Source: Ramazzottius varieornatus
Lineage: Eukaryota > Animalia > Tardigrada
Length of the DNA: 64,000 nucleotides
Reading direction: 5' to 3'
NCBI GenBank assembly: GCA_001949185.1
Contig: BDGG01000001.1
Span: 8,031,067 to 8,095,066 of the forward strand
The position numbers and the translations under genes are program-made. Shown here piece by piece: positions 12,728 to 25,300 of this stretch (its first letter is position 1; each line of letters begins with the position of its first letter). The notes under the pieces are model-generated. The model was not told the origin of the DNA. It did no database searches and worked only from the letters and a program-made list of their open reading frames with translations.

Positions 12728-14429
12728 TTACTGCAGTCAACTAGAACGAAAAAGGTTTTTGCCGTATCGTAATACGCAGTACCGCTGGCTATTTAGTGCA
12801 TCAGTGTCACCAGACCAAGATAAAATAATTTGTTCATTGTACAAGCAGGACGAACAATCAGGTTTTGGACTGCGCCATGTTTGGCGAACAGGCCCGCAGA
12901 AAATCAATGTCAAGTCGCAGAATACATAATTCACCTCGCTCCTGTGCAGAGTTCGTCGTATTTCCCGTGAAGATGATGGCATCACACACATGGGTTCTGA
13001 CGTCCCGATAGACTGCAGAGATAGGTTCGTTCTTTAATTCGTGACAAATTCTCCTTCCACTCAATCTTTGCAGAGAGACTTTTTGAGAACAGACAAACGT
13101 TCGAACACTTGAAACGCACCGACCAGAGAGGGAATGGTTGGCTGTTTAAGCACCCAACCAATTGAAAATCGAAGCTGAAAATCCTCGTTTTCCTGTCGTT
13201 AAAGCGGTGCGTCTGTAGGCGGACTGGCTGGCCAACCACGCTGGTCAACCACGGCCAACCACGTAAATTTGCACACCGCGAGGGTAGGGCTAATCTTTGG
13301 TATGTGTATTTCGGTTCGGTTTTCAGTTGGCAAAAATTTTGGTGCTACAGAACGTGTTGCCCGATAGCGGTACTCATCGTACGTAGGGGAGGCGGAAGGA
13401 GAGACTCCACATACACACTTCGTCCAATGAGACCTGCGGAGGGTTGCGACGTTCTCACGCCAGTACCGAAAATGTTCCGCTAGCTGCTTTGCTGTATGTG
13501 AAGCAAGATCCTCTTGGTAAAAAACGTCGAGCCTACTTACACGGGCTGATCTGGCTTGAAATCGCCTTTTCTCCCTGCACCGTCCACGACACTCTCTTTT
13601 TCTAGGTGCGCGGGGCTTGATGCGACCTTCAAACATCACGATTCCGAAGGTTGTCAGCGGAGAAAACAGGCGTTTTTTCATTTTTTTGCGGACTGGAAAA
13701 CCCCATGTTGAGACTGGTAGCTATTCAACGAGTGTATACAGAAGAAAGCGTTGGAGCGAAGCGCCACTACTATCTAAGACTTTGTGCGATGGTTTTCTTC
13801 GTACAAAATGTGGCCAACCCGAAGTAAGTCAAAAGGATAACCAATGTACCGCGACAACCTACTTGCGGGGCCTGGAAAGTGTGTCGTCCTTTACACTACG
13901 CGTATTTATACTCCGTAAAAAATGCCGGCTGTCGTGCGTCGACAACCTCTAGAACCAGTATGTTTTGAAGGCCGTATTAATGCCGTGCACCTAGCTAAAA
14001 AGCACTGTGCAAAGCTGTGCACCCAGTTTGAGGGAGTGTCGCGGGCGGTTCACGGAGAAAAGACAGTGGTAGGCCGTGCACTAAGTCACTGCGGTACGGA
14101 AACCATGGAGCTTTCCCAATGTCGGTGTTAAACCGCCTCAGTCACATGAAAATACTTGGCTATACAATCGTTGTATTGTTTGGGCTCATATTTCAGGCTC
14201 ATATTTCGGGAAGTCGTTTAACCACAGTACCGTCCATGGACATCGCGTGCGCGAGATGCCGCTCAACTGCCGGCTAAACAACCGTATGTTTAACTCGCGC
14301 AGCCGCGCAGAGCTTGCCAACTCACGGCGCAAAAGACCGACGGGTCATCACGCCACGCTGATAATGTTCAAGTAATTTTGGTGGGCAGGCGGCGTCCTAA
14401 CATCGTTTTGGACTAAATATTCATTGCGA

Positions 14430-14700
14430 ACATATCGAAGGGTGCTTGGGAAGAGAGTTGCAGATCACACGGGAGAAAGAAGATCATCAGTATTTTTTAA
14501 GCAGCGTTTTGCTATAGATATTCAGAGAGGAAATGCTGCCTGTGTTCTGGGAACTTTTCCCTTCTCTCGTAGCGTCGAAGAAATCTGTTATATTTTTGGA
14601 TACTCGGAACCAGGGAGTCTAGCTTGTGCTAGGCTCCTTTTTTGTTTTACTTTTTTCGAAATTTGAAACGAAAACCAATATATCTACCAATAAAGACCTT
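14430..14700 (+). mobile_element. 3'-terminal fragment of a second CRE-like lineage
   Basis: LGKRVADHTGERRSSVFFKQRFAIDIQRGNAACVLGT is the characteristic QR.S...QRGNA C-terminus. It is followed by a T-rich UTR and AATAAA. Confidence 0.75.
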
Positions 14701-16352
14701 GGACAAGGATGCTAACAACGAGTCGTTGAACATCTCGACGAACTTGATACACTAATAACTCTCACTTCCTTAGTACGAGGAGCGAGTTCTTACTTGGCTC
14801 ACGGGACTACTTTACCCAGTCAAGTTCTGAAGGCAGCGCTGCCAGTGCGAAGTTAGCTTTATCGGGCAACTCGCGAAAAGTTTATCCGTTCCGCATTCGC
14901 AATGCAATGCAGACCTTGGTTCGATGGTTGCCGAAACGGGCTGCGCCGCAGTACAGCACGGTGCTACGTTCGAAGACAGTGTTTCATGTCGCCATATCTC
15001 CGTGTAACGTAGCCAGATTTCGCTGGTTCTGCTTTCAGAACGCAGTCAAAGGCTTACTCCTAATTGTCAAAGCCAACGATGGCAGAAAACAACTTGCTGT
15101 AACCGACGCATTCCCGTCAAACAACAATTTTCTTGTCGGGCATTTTCACTTCCAGTGACATCGAAGACGAAAAAACGGCTATCGGTTGAACCAGCGCAAC
15201 CCCATTCCTGCACCTCTTCCCTCGAATTCAGCTCTTAGAATTGAACTAGTTTTAGGCCACAGTTCAGTACTTGGGTGGTTCTAATTCGACCATCGCAGGC
15301 TGAGATATGAGCAGGAGAAGATCTTCAAAATAATCTGGCGTCTCTACTTGGTTTATCCATGGATATCAGGTGCATTGCAACAAAAAGGATAGCCTTCAGA
15401 TATCGCAAAGCTCGCTGAAGGTTATCCTGCAAAGAACAGTAGCAAGTCAAGTAAATGTTGGAAAATAAAGACGGAGAAAGCAAGGACAGATTGCACTCGT
15501 ACAGTTGACTGAATTTTGTAAAAGCAAAGCGTTTCGCTTAAAAGTGGGTGACGTTTTGGCCGTTCCGATTTCGAATGAAAACGGTAGTGTTTCGTTATTA
15601 TTAACCTTGAGCACACCTTTCAGAAATGTCTTATTTTGCTCGGTTGGACACATCTGTGGTTTACTTGGTGGCTTGCTTGGCTTGCAGCAGAAAGCGTGCT
15701 CCCTAATATCGGAACGGATTTCCGATCGACTTTCATTCCCAAATTTCTTCTCTCATGATCTTCGACGAACTCTGTTTCTAGCCTGGCTTAACACGAGGCG
15801 GGGTGTTGGGAGATGGTTGGGATTCAGTTTGAAAGTTGGGGAGGGGAACGGTATGAAGAAATATCAGTGGGGAAGTACTAGCCAGTTCGGCAAACGGGTA
15901 AAGTAGAGCCTCGCTTCTCGTACACGATAAAATGCTTGCTTATGTTGCTCGTACTGTAACATTGTAGAACACCAACTTCTCCGTTGTACGGAGCGATTTC
16001 CGCGCGGTAACCGTTCCCTCCGAATCCACCATCTAAGTTCTATACTCTCCAGAAATTTTCGGAAGCATTTTTCTCCATTTTTCTAGAAGGTTGACGGTAA
16101 GTATCATTTACAGGGTAAATACCACAAGAAATCAGGGTCAGCAGTTTTTACTGCCGACTGTTAGGACTGCAAGCAGCTTTCTCTCCGCTGGTTTTCAATC
16201 AGCGGAGATTACTTTACTGGTACAGTCGCAAACACGTATCGCGAACAATTGTGCTGTTGACTGATGTTTTTATCGGCTGAATCTTTTGGGGGAAATTGGG
16301 ATGCAAAAATCGAACTGATTACGATATTCCGGGCTGGAAAGTGGTAGACAAA

Positions 16353-19300
16353 ATGAACCTATATTTTGTTATTTTACTGTGCGCCAGTTTTTCTTGTCTG
16401 GTTATGATCTTCGTCAGTTATCGTGACTTCCGCAAGACACCATATCCAGTGGAAACAAAGTCTTGTGATGTAATGTTTACCGGAGGTTATTTTTCGTTCC
16501 CAGGACTTGGACTTGCTAACTTGTGGAATCCCCGCGACTGTGATTTGATTTTTCGCGAAAGCATTAAGTAAGTACACGCGCCTGGCCTAAATATGGGGAT
16601 GGACAAAAATATGGGGAACGGAGCGAAAGCGACACGGGCCAGCTGAGGTTGATCAATCAACTAAATCAATCGAAGCACAGTCGCTTTCGCTCCGTTCCCC
16701 ACATTTTTGTCCATCCTCATATCTAGGCCAGGCGCGTGTACGGCTTCTTGTAGGCTACCAACTCAAATTAGGCATTGATGTTCGGAAGCTTCGAGTGGGT
16801 GTTGCGGACCTCAGGTTGCAAACTTGCACAGTGTAACAGTCTCAGAGATAAGAGCCGCTTGCTTGATCAGTGCAGCCCAATAACCCCTTTGTCGATACGA
16901 GAAATCACAGAGCGCATATACAATAAAATACTTAAAGTAGGGTGGGTCGGATGGTCGAAAGCTACGAGACTATGACGATCTAAAATGAACCCGGTAAAGT
17001 GTGAAAGCGAGCCGTCGACTGGGCACGAGACACATGAAAAAAGGAGCATGCGTTCTGTGCTCGAGCGATGCCCAGAACTCATTTCTCTTTTTTGCATCGC
17101 AGATTGAACGAATTGCTCCGTTGTATGTTCAATCACTTTTCATCGGACAATTTTGAGAAGCTTGGTCTGCAGTGTTATGAACGGATCTTCGTTAATTTTC
17201 AGCACCGAGGCTACTTGTGCTACCACAAGGTCTGGTCAAGATGATGGGCTCTGGAAGACAAAAACGGGTGGTACAGCAGTAAGAAAGGACTATATGCGCA
17301 ACACAAGTACACTAGTTTGGTGGAATTAAACATCGTAATGTTCGATGCGAAATCAATTTTGTTCAGCGAAGTACGTGGCAAAATTCTGTGACGGTTCCCA
17401 TAGCCCACCGAAACTGTGTAACTCCAGCCGTGACTATCTCAAGGAAAAGCTAACTGGTAAATCCGCCCTTTTGCACGTTCTTCGCAGTGTTCAGCTTTTC
17501 GACGCTGGAGAACGCAGAAACGTGACTCCGGATTGAAAGGTTGTGGTTTTTCCATCAAAATCACTACCAGTCGAACTTTGGGGCTCACAGTAGCTGACCA
17601 AAGTACCTTTGACTAGAAACGATCCCACAGTCGGGTGTCTGGAAAACATCATTTTCCTTCAGATATTTAGATAGGGAGATCTCTGAGCGACAGACTCATG
17701 GATATTTCTGGTGTGGGTCAAAGTTTTGCATATTGCTGCGGCAGGTGATCAAAGGCACTGTCTTATGACGTCATCGTGTCTATGATTCTGTAGCTCAGAC
17801 ATCTCTCTATCTAACTATCTAAAGAAAAATGATGTCTTCCAAACACCAGACTGTGGGATTCGTTTCTAGTCAAAGGTACTTTGGGCAGCTACTGTAAGCC
17901 TTAAGCCCGATTTTGGTTCTAGTGGCTTATGTCCTAGTAGTCTGTCAGCTCACGCATTTCTTGAAACTACGTGTGTCACAGGAACCACAGTCCCGAGCTG
18001 AAAAAACAGTGCACTGGTAGTGGAACTTAAAACTAACGATGTATATTTGAATCACGTTTTGAAAAAGTTATGAGCGAAGGGAAAGATTCCTCCAAGACAG
18101 GATCACCGAACAATAGCAGCTGGTATGTTTTACACGAGGGCTGTCAACATCCAGACCAGAACACCTAGAAAATGGCTTAAATGGTGCAACTACAGCAAAC
18201 CATAGAGCATCTCAAACTAGACGATGTAGACCGGCTTCAACCGCCAGATCACATAGGGAGCTGGTTTAAATGACATAACACACAAAAAACTGTGGCGGCG
18301 ACGTAATGGTCAACCGAACTTATAACATTAATTAGGTTGCAAAAGGAAAATTCACGCTGAAAGGCATGCAACTGAAGTTTACGACAGCCACAAGGCCGCT
18401 ACTGTCTACTGATACCCCAGTAGCCATGTCACAATGACTTTCTCATTGAGGCAAAATTCTCCACATTGTCAACGCAAGAACCGCCATTTCTAAAACCCTT
18501 TGTCACAAATTCTGTCTCCTTGTTTATGAAACATTGCTTCATGAATAACCAGTTTCCAACGTTCGCGAGCTTATGGATGATGATGACCTTTCTGATGCTT
18601 CTTCCAACCATAACCGCAGGTCACCATTACCAGTGCCCAGTTTTCTTCGCTCCGGACAACCCTAAGGGTGTCGAAGCCCAACACCAGAACCCGCCAAGCG
18701 TCGACGTAACCCCCTCTTTACTGGTCTCACGACTGCGCTTGGTGGCACCACCATCCGACGATCACGCAGCATTCCTCCTGAAATTCCACCGCCGCTACCC
18801 GTCCGCAGATTCACACCCTCGTCTCGTATACCTCGTATACCTATCTTCTGCCATTAACTGCCTACGGTAAAACCATCCGTTCCCTTCAAGCGAAACACGA
18901 TTTCAAATCAGTCTATGAGTGCAACACCCGCTTTCGAGAAGCCATGCCCTCCATTGACACTAACGACGTCGACTAGTTTGGGCTCGATTCTTCGCTTCTC
19001 GTCAACGTCATTCCGTCCCCGTCAAGCGCTCCAGCTTTCCCTTCTCGACCACTTTTTACCTCTCGTCCACTTTCCGATGCTCTTTGTTTCAAGTGTCACG
19101 CCTTCGGGCATCATGCCGACCAGTGTACTGCATTCTTTGCACAAGCATCTTCTTCCGACCGTAGTCCCGCAGCTCAGGCCGCATTTAAGGCCGCATTTCT
19201 TGCCGGTCGTTCCTCGTCAGACAAGCCCTCTGGAGCGGCGGGCGAGGTTATCTGCAGGGACAACAACGCTTGCCGCTGCACCACTCCCTGCCCCAACAGC

Positions 19301-22300
19301 CGTACCCACAAATATACCTATTGCTGGCAGTTTCATCCTTTCTCCGAATGTAGTAAACTTTAAGACGACATTAGAGTCAAGAATACCGCTTTTGTCTGAC
19401 CGCTTCGAACACCACCTCAAAAATCACTCCGATCCATCTCTCGTCCACCAGTTTGTCAGCGGAATGCACAGCGGTTTCCACACTGGTTATATCGGACTGA
19501 AATTCACTAGCAGCACCTGTCCGAGATGGCACTACTACCAAAGAAAACCCAGAAATGGCCGACCGTTTCATTCCCAGAGAGGTTCAATTACAGCATTCCG
19601 TGGATCCTTTCAGTTCTCCGCCTTTCCTTAACTACGGCTGCTCTTCTCTGGACCCCCGCTCTTAAAAGAACGGGGACGGGCATTTAGTTATGAACCTTTC
19701 CCGCCTCTTTGATTTTTCGGTAAACGACTTTATCAATAAGGACCATTATACCTTACGCTAGTTCAGTCGGCCCGAATCAAGCCCAAATACGTGCATGCAG
19801 CCGATGCAGTCAAACAGCATAAAATTTAAAATCAAAATTCAAAACGCTGGTCGATCAAACTATCCATGACTGACAAAGTGGCCATGGCGGTCGCAACGTT
19901 AGTATTTTCGCACTTGCTAGTCGTTGATTGTTTGATCGACCAGCGTTTGGATTTTTGATTTCAAATCTTATGCTGTTTGACCGCATCGGCTGCACGCACG
20001 TATTCGAGCTTGATTTACGCGCACGAGTTCGTACAGGATTGTACATACCGGGTATCAAAGATCTTATCAGCTGATCTTCACCGGCAGCGGATGATCAAGA
20101 GCTGATCTCAACTGTCTGAAATGGCCATTCGATAGCCCGTCGACTCGTTTGGATATTCAGATGGAATTCAGGCGAGAAAATTTGGTGGGAGACTCACAGT
20201 GCCGGAATTGAATAGTTCTATCATTGGTGAATCAGAGCTTAACCATGAGTTCTGGATACTGATGTAGTTTTATAAACTTCTTTAATCCTGAAAATGCTAA
20301 GTGATCTGATCCGTGTTCACCTAGCACCTTATCAAGTAACTATTTTCGATCGAGCGATTCTGGCGGGGGCGTCTGGGGTCCGTCGCTCGATGGTGGGTGT
20401 TTGGGGGTCAGCGCGATGGACCGAAGAAGTGGCTACCAGCTGAATGAAGGCTGGATTCGCTACCTTACGACAGTCCGCGCGTTGCGCTACCTCTACGTAT
20501 CCCAACTCGAGTCGTATTCGTTGTACAGTATTGAGGTCTAGGTTAGGCGTAAATTCAAATTAGATTTTCGTGCGTCGTCAGAAATTAGAGTTCGATCAGA
20601 AAAGCCTTTTGGCACACTTAGTGAAACTTTCGGTTTCTAGCGCCCAATGTCACCTACAAAAGACGTCTTTCCTGACAACTTTCGGCCAATTTTTTGCTAT
20701 TGTTCTTGCTTAGTAAACTGGGACAGAGACAGAGACAGTGACAAACGTTTCTGAATTACTCATGTCAAATGAGGCTTCTTTGGTCACATGAACGTAACAT
20801 TGTTCTATTGAAGCATCCTCCCAGTTTATATTCAGGAGACGACGTACTAACTTTTCCTGTTGTATATTGCAGTGAGTCTGCAAGTTGCATGAAAACCCGC
20901 TCACTGCATCTGAAAAAATCGACGCACATCGTCCTTCTAGGAGATTCAAGACTCCGACAGCTCAGAGATGGTCTGATTTATCAGCTTTCTGGGATAGAGC
21001 ATGATTTTTACGTCAACCGAGGAGTTGCAGATGACTCTCGGCTTTACAAGGCTCATGAGAGTACTGTCACCGAGATTGAAAAAGCTGCAGTGCGCGTTGA
21101 ATACTTCTGGCTGACGGAGATGGATGCCGGTAACGGATTGCTTACAAAGTTTTTAGGTCGTGTTGAAAACCTGACTGTGCCTCCGGACATTATATTGGTG
21201 GGCGGAGGACTATGGATGATCCGAGCATGTACAGAAGCCCACCGAAAGCAACTCGATTGCGCTTTGGAATTTAAAAGGTTTCCCTGTACAACAGTTTGAT
21301 GTCTGACAATTATTTCGGCCAAATTTTGCGAAGGATGACCACGACCGTCGTCTAGATGACATCTCAATACGAGTCATGTGCACTGTATACTGTAGGTACG
21401 GCAACCGTATCAAACAACAAAGCACGATTGGTAAAAGTGACTTAATTCTAAGAGACAAGAACAATCATGAGGAGAAGACTTACTAGTGTGACGAGGGTTG
21501 TTCATCCATTAATATATGAAATATCTGCAATAGTTGCCCATCGGTTACATTAGGTGCAATATAGGCTGTCTGGGCTCTCACCATGGCAAGAAACCAAGCC
21601 ATAACTACTAACTGGTTAAGTCGTATCGTTTCCTCAGACTCAAATAACACATTAAAAACTGGACAAGCTGAGAACGATTCGACCGAGAGGATCCCAATAC
21701 TGGAAAAACAGTGAAATGAAACTCATATGTCGGGACTGACACTGGTTTGCGAATGGTACTAGTCTGGCGCTGGGGGGAGCGGACAAGACGGCGTTAGGGA
21801 CGCTCCCTGGATGCTTCGGGTTTTTCCTCTGAACGACGGCGCGGATTACGGTTCAATTCCTGACACTTTACGTACGTTACTAGTGTGCCTTTTAAAATTT
21901 TACCGTTACTGTGACACCGTTACTGCACAAAATGGTATCACAGTAACCGTTTTGTAATTTGTTGACGTTCGCCATTCACTCCGGTGGATGCAGGTGATTC
22001 GATTTGGCCGCAGTACATTCAGGATTCAGCAGATTTTTCCCCTCACTGCGCTTTATCATCCCCCGGCTTATAATGGACGAATCTCGAGCTGCTGGCTATC
22101 AGATCGAAGCAGTGTGTCTGCTCTATGTGTGAAAACCAAGAAAACTAGCATTGGGGGCATACAAGACCTGATTTTGAAGCCTGATTCAGTTTTGATACCC
22201 GTTTTACACGTTCCCGTTCGGAAATCGTGGCTTTCATGTTGTGGATGTACTTTCCATGCTTCCCCACAGACAGAGCAGACACTCTGTTTATTTTGGTTTT

Positions 22301-25300
22301 CAAGAGCAGGAGATTCCTCGATCACATGACGAGGCGACGTGAGGGGGAAAAACTTTATTGGGCGATTGTCCGGGGTAGTGACCCGCATGAGCTGGGCACA
22401 GATCACAATCCTCAATGTGTTTTGCCAGCTTGAGCACTACTTAAGGCAGTGTGTTGGCGAAAAGTTTCACTTGTAATCTCACGAACGTTCACAATATCTC
22501 CGTTCACAATATCCAGCCACAAGGTGAAGATAACGCGCTAAACCTAGATGAACTTACGCATTCATAAGTTGGTTCGCAATGCATGTTGCGCCAAACATAG
22601 TATAACGGCCGGCACATTATTCGCTTCTTTGTCACAATTATCGCTTTTTCCGCCGTTTGGTTGACCAGCGAAACGCGTAAGTTAACATGAAGCGAGTCTT
22701 ACAGGCTAGCAGCTTTTGTCCAGCCGAGCGAACCGAGGCTTTTTTAAAGGGAAATTTGAGCAATGTTAAGTGTGATCACGAAGGAATCGCATTTCTCGCC
22801 AAACGTGTGGCCGTTGGCTGCCGCGATGCCGAACTATGTTCTGCGCACTCTCACGTTGACGATTCACGCAACCACATAGGCGTTCTTTGCAAACGGTCCG
22901 GACGTACTGTAGACAGGCTGGATGCAGACGTCCATTTGGACCTCCGCATGTCTCATGCATACATGTGGACTACCATCTGGAAGTCCATTTTGAACATCCG
23001 TCCAGCCTGAGAAACGCTGGGGAGATGCCAGCAAATTCTCCTTCTGTTTGTGAGTTAGCTGAGGTCGGCTTTTCAGTGATGTGCCACTTGCTAGTAAACG
23101 ACTTTATGGTCTGAAGCGTTTACAGTATCTTTCCGACTGAAACCTGAAATACTTCTTGCAGGCAGGATCTGCGAAAGCCAACAGGATGCAAAGATTTCCC
23201 TTCTTACCCACTGATTGGTTTTCCAAAGAAATAGGAGAAACTGTATGGACCAAATCAGCTCGAATTTTGACACCAAAGAGCATGATGAAGCGCTTGAAAA
23301 TAGCTCGTAGGGATCATAGCGAAGCTTCAAGTTACAGGTGATAGGTTTTTCTTCCAGTGGCGCGCGGCACGCCTTAAAATTCGCAGTAAGCGCGAGACTT
23401 CACTTGATCGGCACGCTGATTGAGCAAGCCTGGCATTGCAGGACGAGAAACGCTCATCTTTGACTGTCTGCAGGTTCTTCAAAATTGTTGGGTGATCCAC
23501 AAAGGAAATTTTGGTTATGAGGTAGCGAGCCTATTTTTAAACCGTGCACAGACCCTCTACATTAGAAAGTTATGAATTGAGAAAGAACTACCCACGAAGT
23601 ACGCTATTCCGCTGCGGTGGAATAGCAACAATAGGGACGAAAAAGCGAAGATCGCGACTCGTAACCTTACATGGCTCGCTTCGTACTGTAACATTATTAC
23701 CATACGCTGCAGATGAGCAAAAATAGGGAAACGCGCAAGATATCTCATTTCGCGCTTCGTGCCCTTGGTTGGGTTTCCATCTGGTGATGGACCCATCTGT
23801 TACGAGGCGATGACAGTGTCAGACATATTCGGCACGGGCAAGATAGTCGTTTTGTCGCTTTATTACCATAAGGCTATGATCGTGCCGGCTAAACACGAAA
23901 ACCCGACACAACTTGCTTTGGTTACGAATTCTTAGCACTTTTGGTTTCATCTTATGACACTGAGTCCAAAAGTGATTGATCACCTTAAACTCACCTTAAT
24001 TTCGGTGTTAAGCTGTTCACTAGCCTTATCCGATTTAAGTGATTTTGGTATTACTACAGAAGCCATCTTCGATCCTGCAGATCACGTGGTTTAAGTCACG
24101 CAGGAAGTACTTATGTAACGGGAGATCCAACTGTCGCGAGTGGCTCATCTGTGCTTACCTCGATCATCTACGGGGCTATTACGAACTCATGTTCTGCAAT
24201 ATGTCGTGCTCAGCAACCTCTGTGGTTTTCTCCAGACTAGATATGCAAAATATATGTACTGTCTAGGTCGGCAAACGTGTTACCTGAATTCAAACCTGCA
24301 GTCAAAATGGTTGACTTCAGTCTGGCGAGAATAACTCCGCGCACCAACAAATTCACCCCTCGGTTGATATCGTTTCTAATTCTTGCCGATACAGCCAATC
24401 CTTGCGAAACTTGGTAGGCCAGATGTACTATATGGGATAAAGTCCATGGATGGTGCTTCCTTCATTGGATGTGTTAAGTTCGACAGATGACGCTATATGG
24501 CACGAACGCTTTCGCACCGAGATAGTTTAAGCTAGCGACGGTATGATATTATCCTAGTACATCCAATACAAGCCGCGCCGGTCCTTGGATGCACAATGCT
24601 TTTTGAACATCTTAGGATTGAGCACTAACGAAGCGCCAGTTTTCATTCACCGGAAGTTTTAAGACTTCGTTTTCTGTTTCCCGGCAACCGAGCTTTCGTA
24701 TTTTCACTGATATGTGCAATAAACGACTTCGTACGCATTTTTCCATCTGGCCGAAACGACGGTCGCGGAATCTATCAAAGCTATGCATTCACCGAACCTG
24801 TCCTGCAATACCATTATTGGCAATGAGGTGATGTTTGCAGGAATTTCCAGCGCCAGCTTATCACTCTCAATCGACTAGCTCAAAAAACAAAAGTTATATG
24901 GGGGCCGCAAAATTTGGTTGTGGAAGCAAAGCTGATGGCGGTGCACTTCGTACACAGGTGAGCAAACCATCAGAAAATCAGAACAGGTTTATGATCCTTA
25001 CACTAAACGGTATTCCGATTGACTTTAATGCCGTGTAAACGGAAACGGTATGCAACAATTGTAAAACTGTAAGACACCTGGTGTATGGCTTTCTGGACTT
25101 TAAACTTAGATGAACCGTCATGACGTCGTTACTTTACATCTAGCTGTATACGGTCTGTGATACCGAATTAGTTCCAGTTTTGAAGAAGATCTTGTCGTCT
25201 TTGTAGTAAGCAACGATAATTTAAATAAGCGGGCCAACGCACTTGGACGGATTTCCAGCCCGGCGTAGCCGCCTGGCTGGAAATCCTGAAATCAGGCTTG

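Noticed and set aside
13199-13681. 160-aa ORF as a gene
   Set aside because: No recognisable motif or supporting splice structure.
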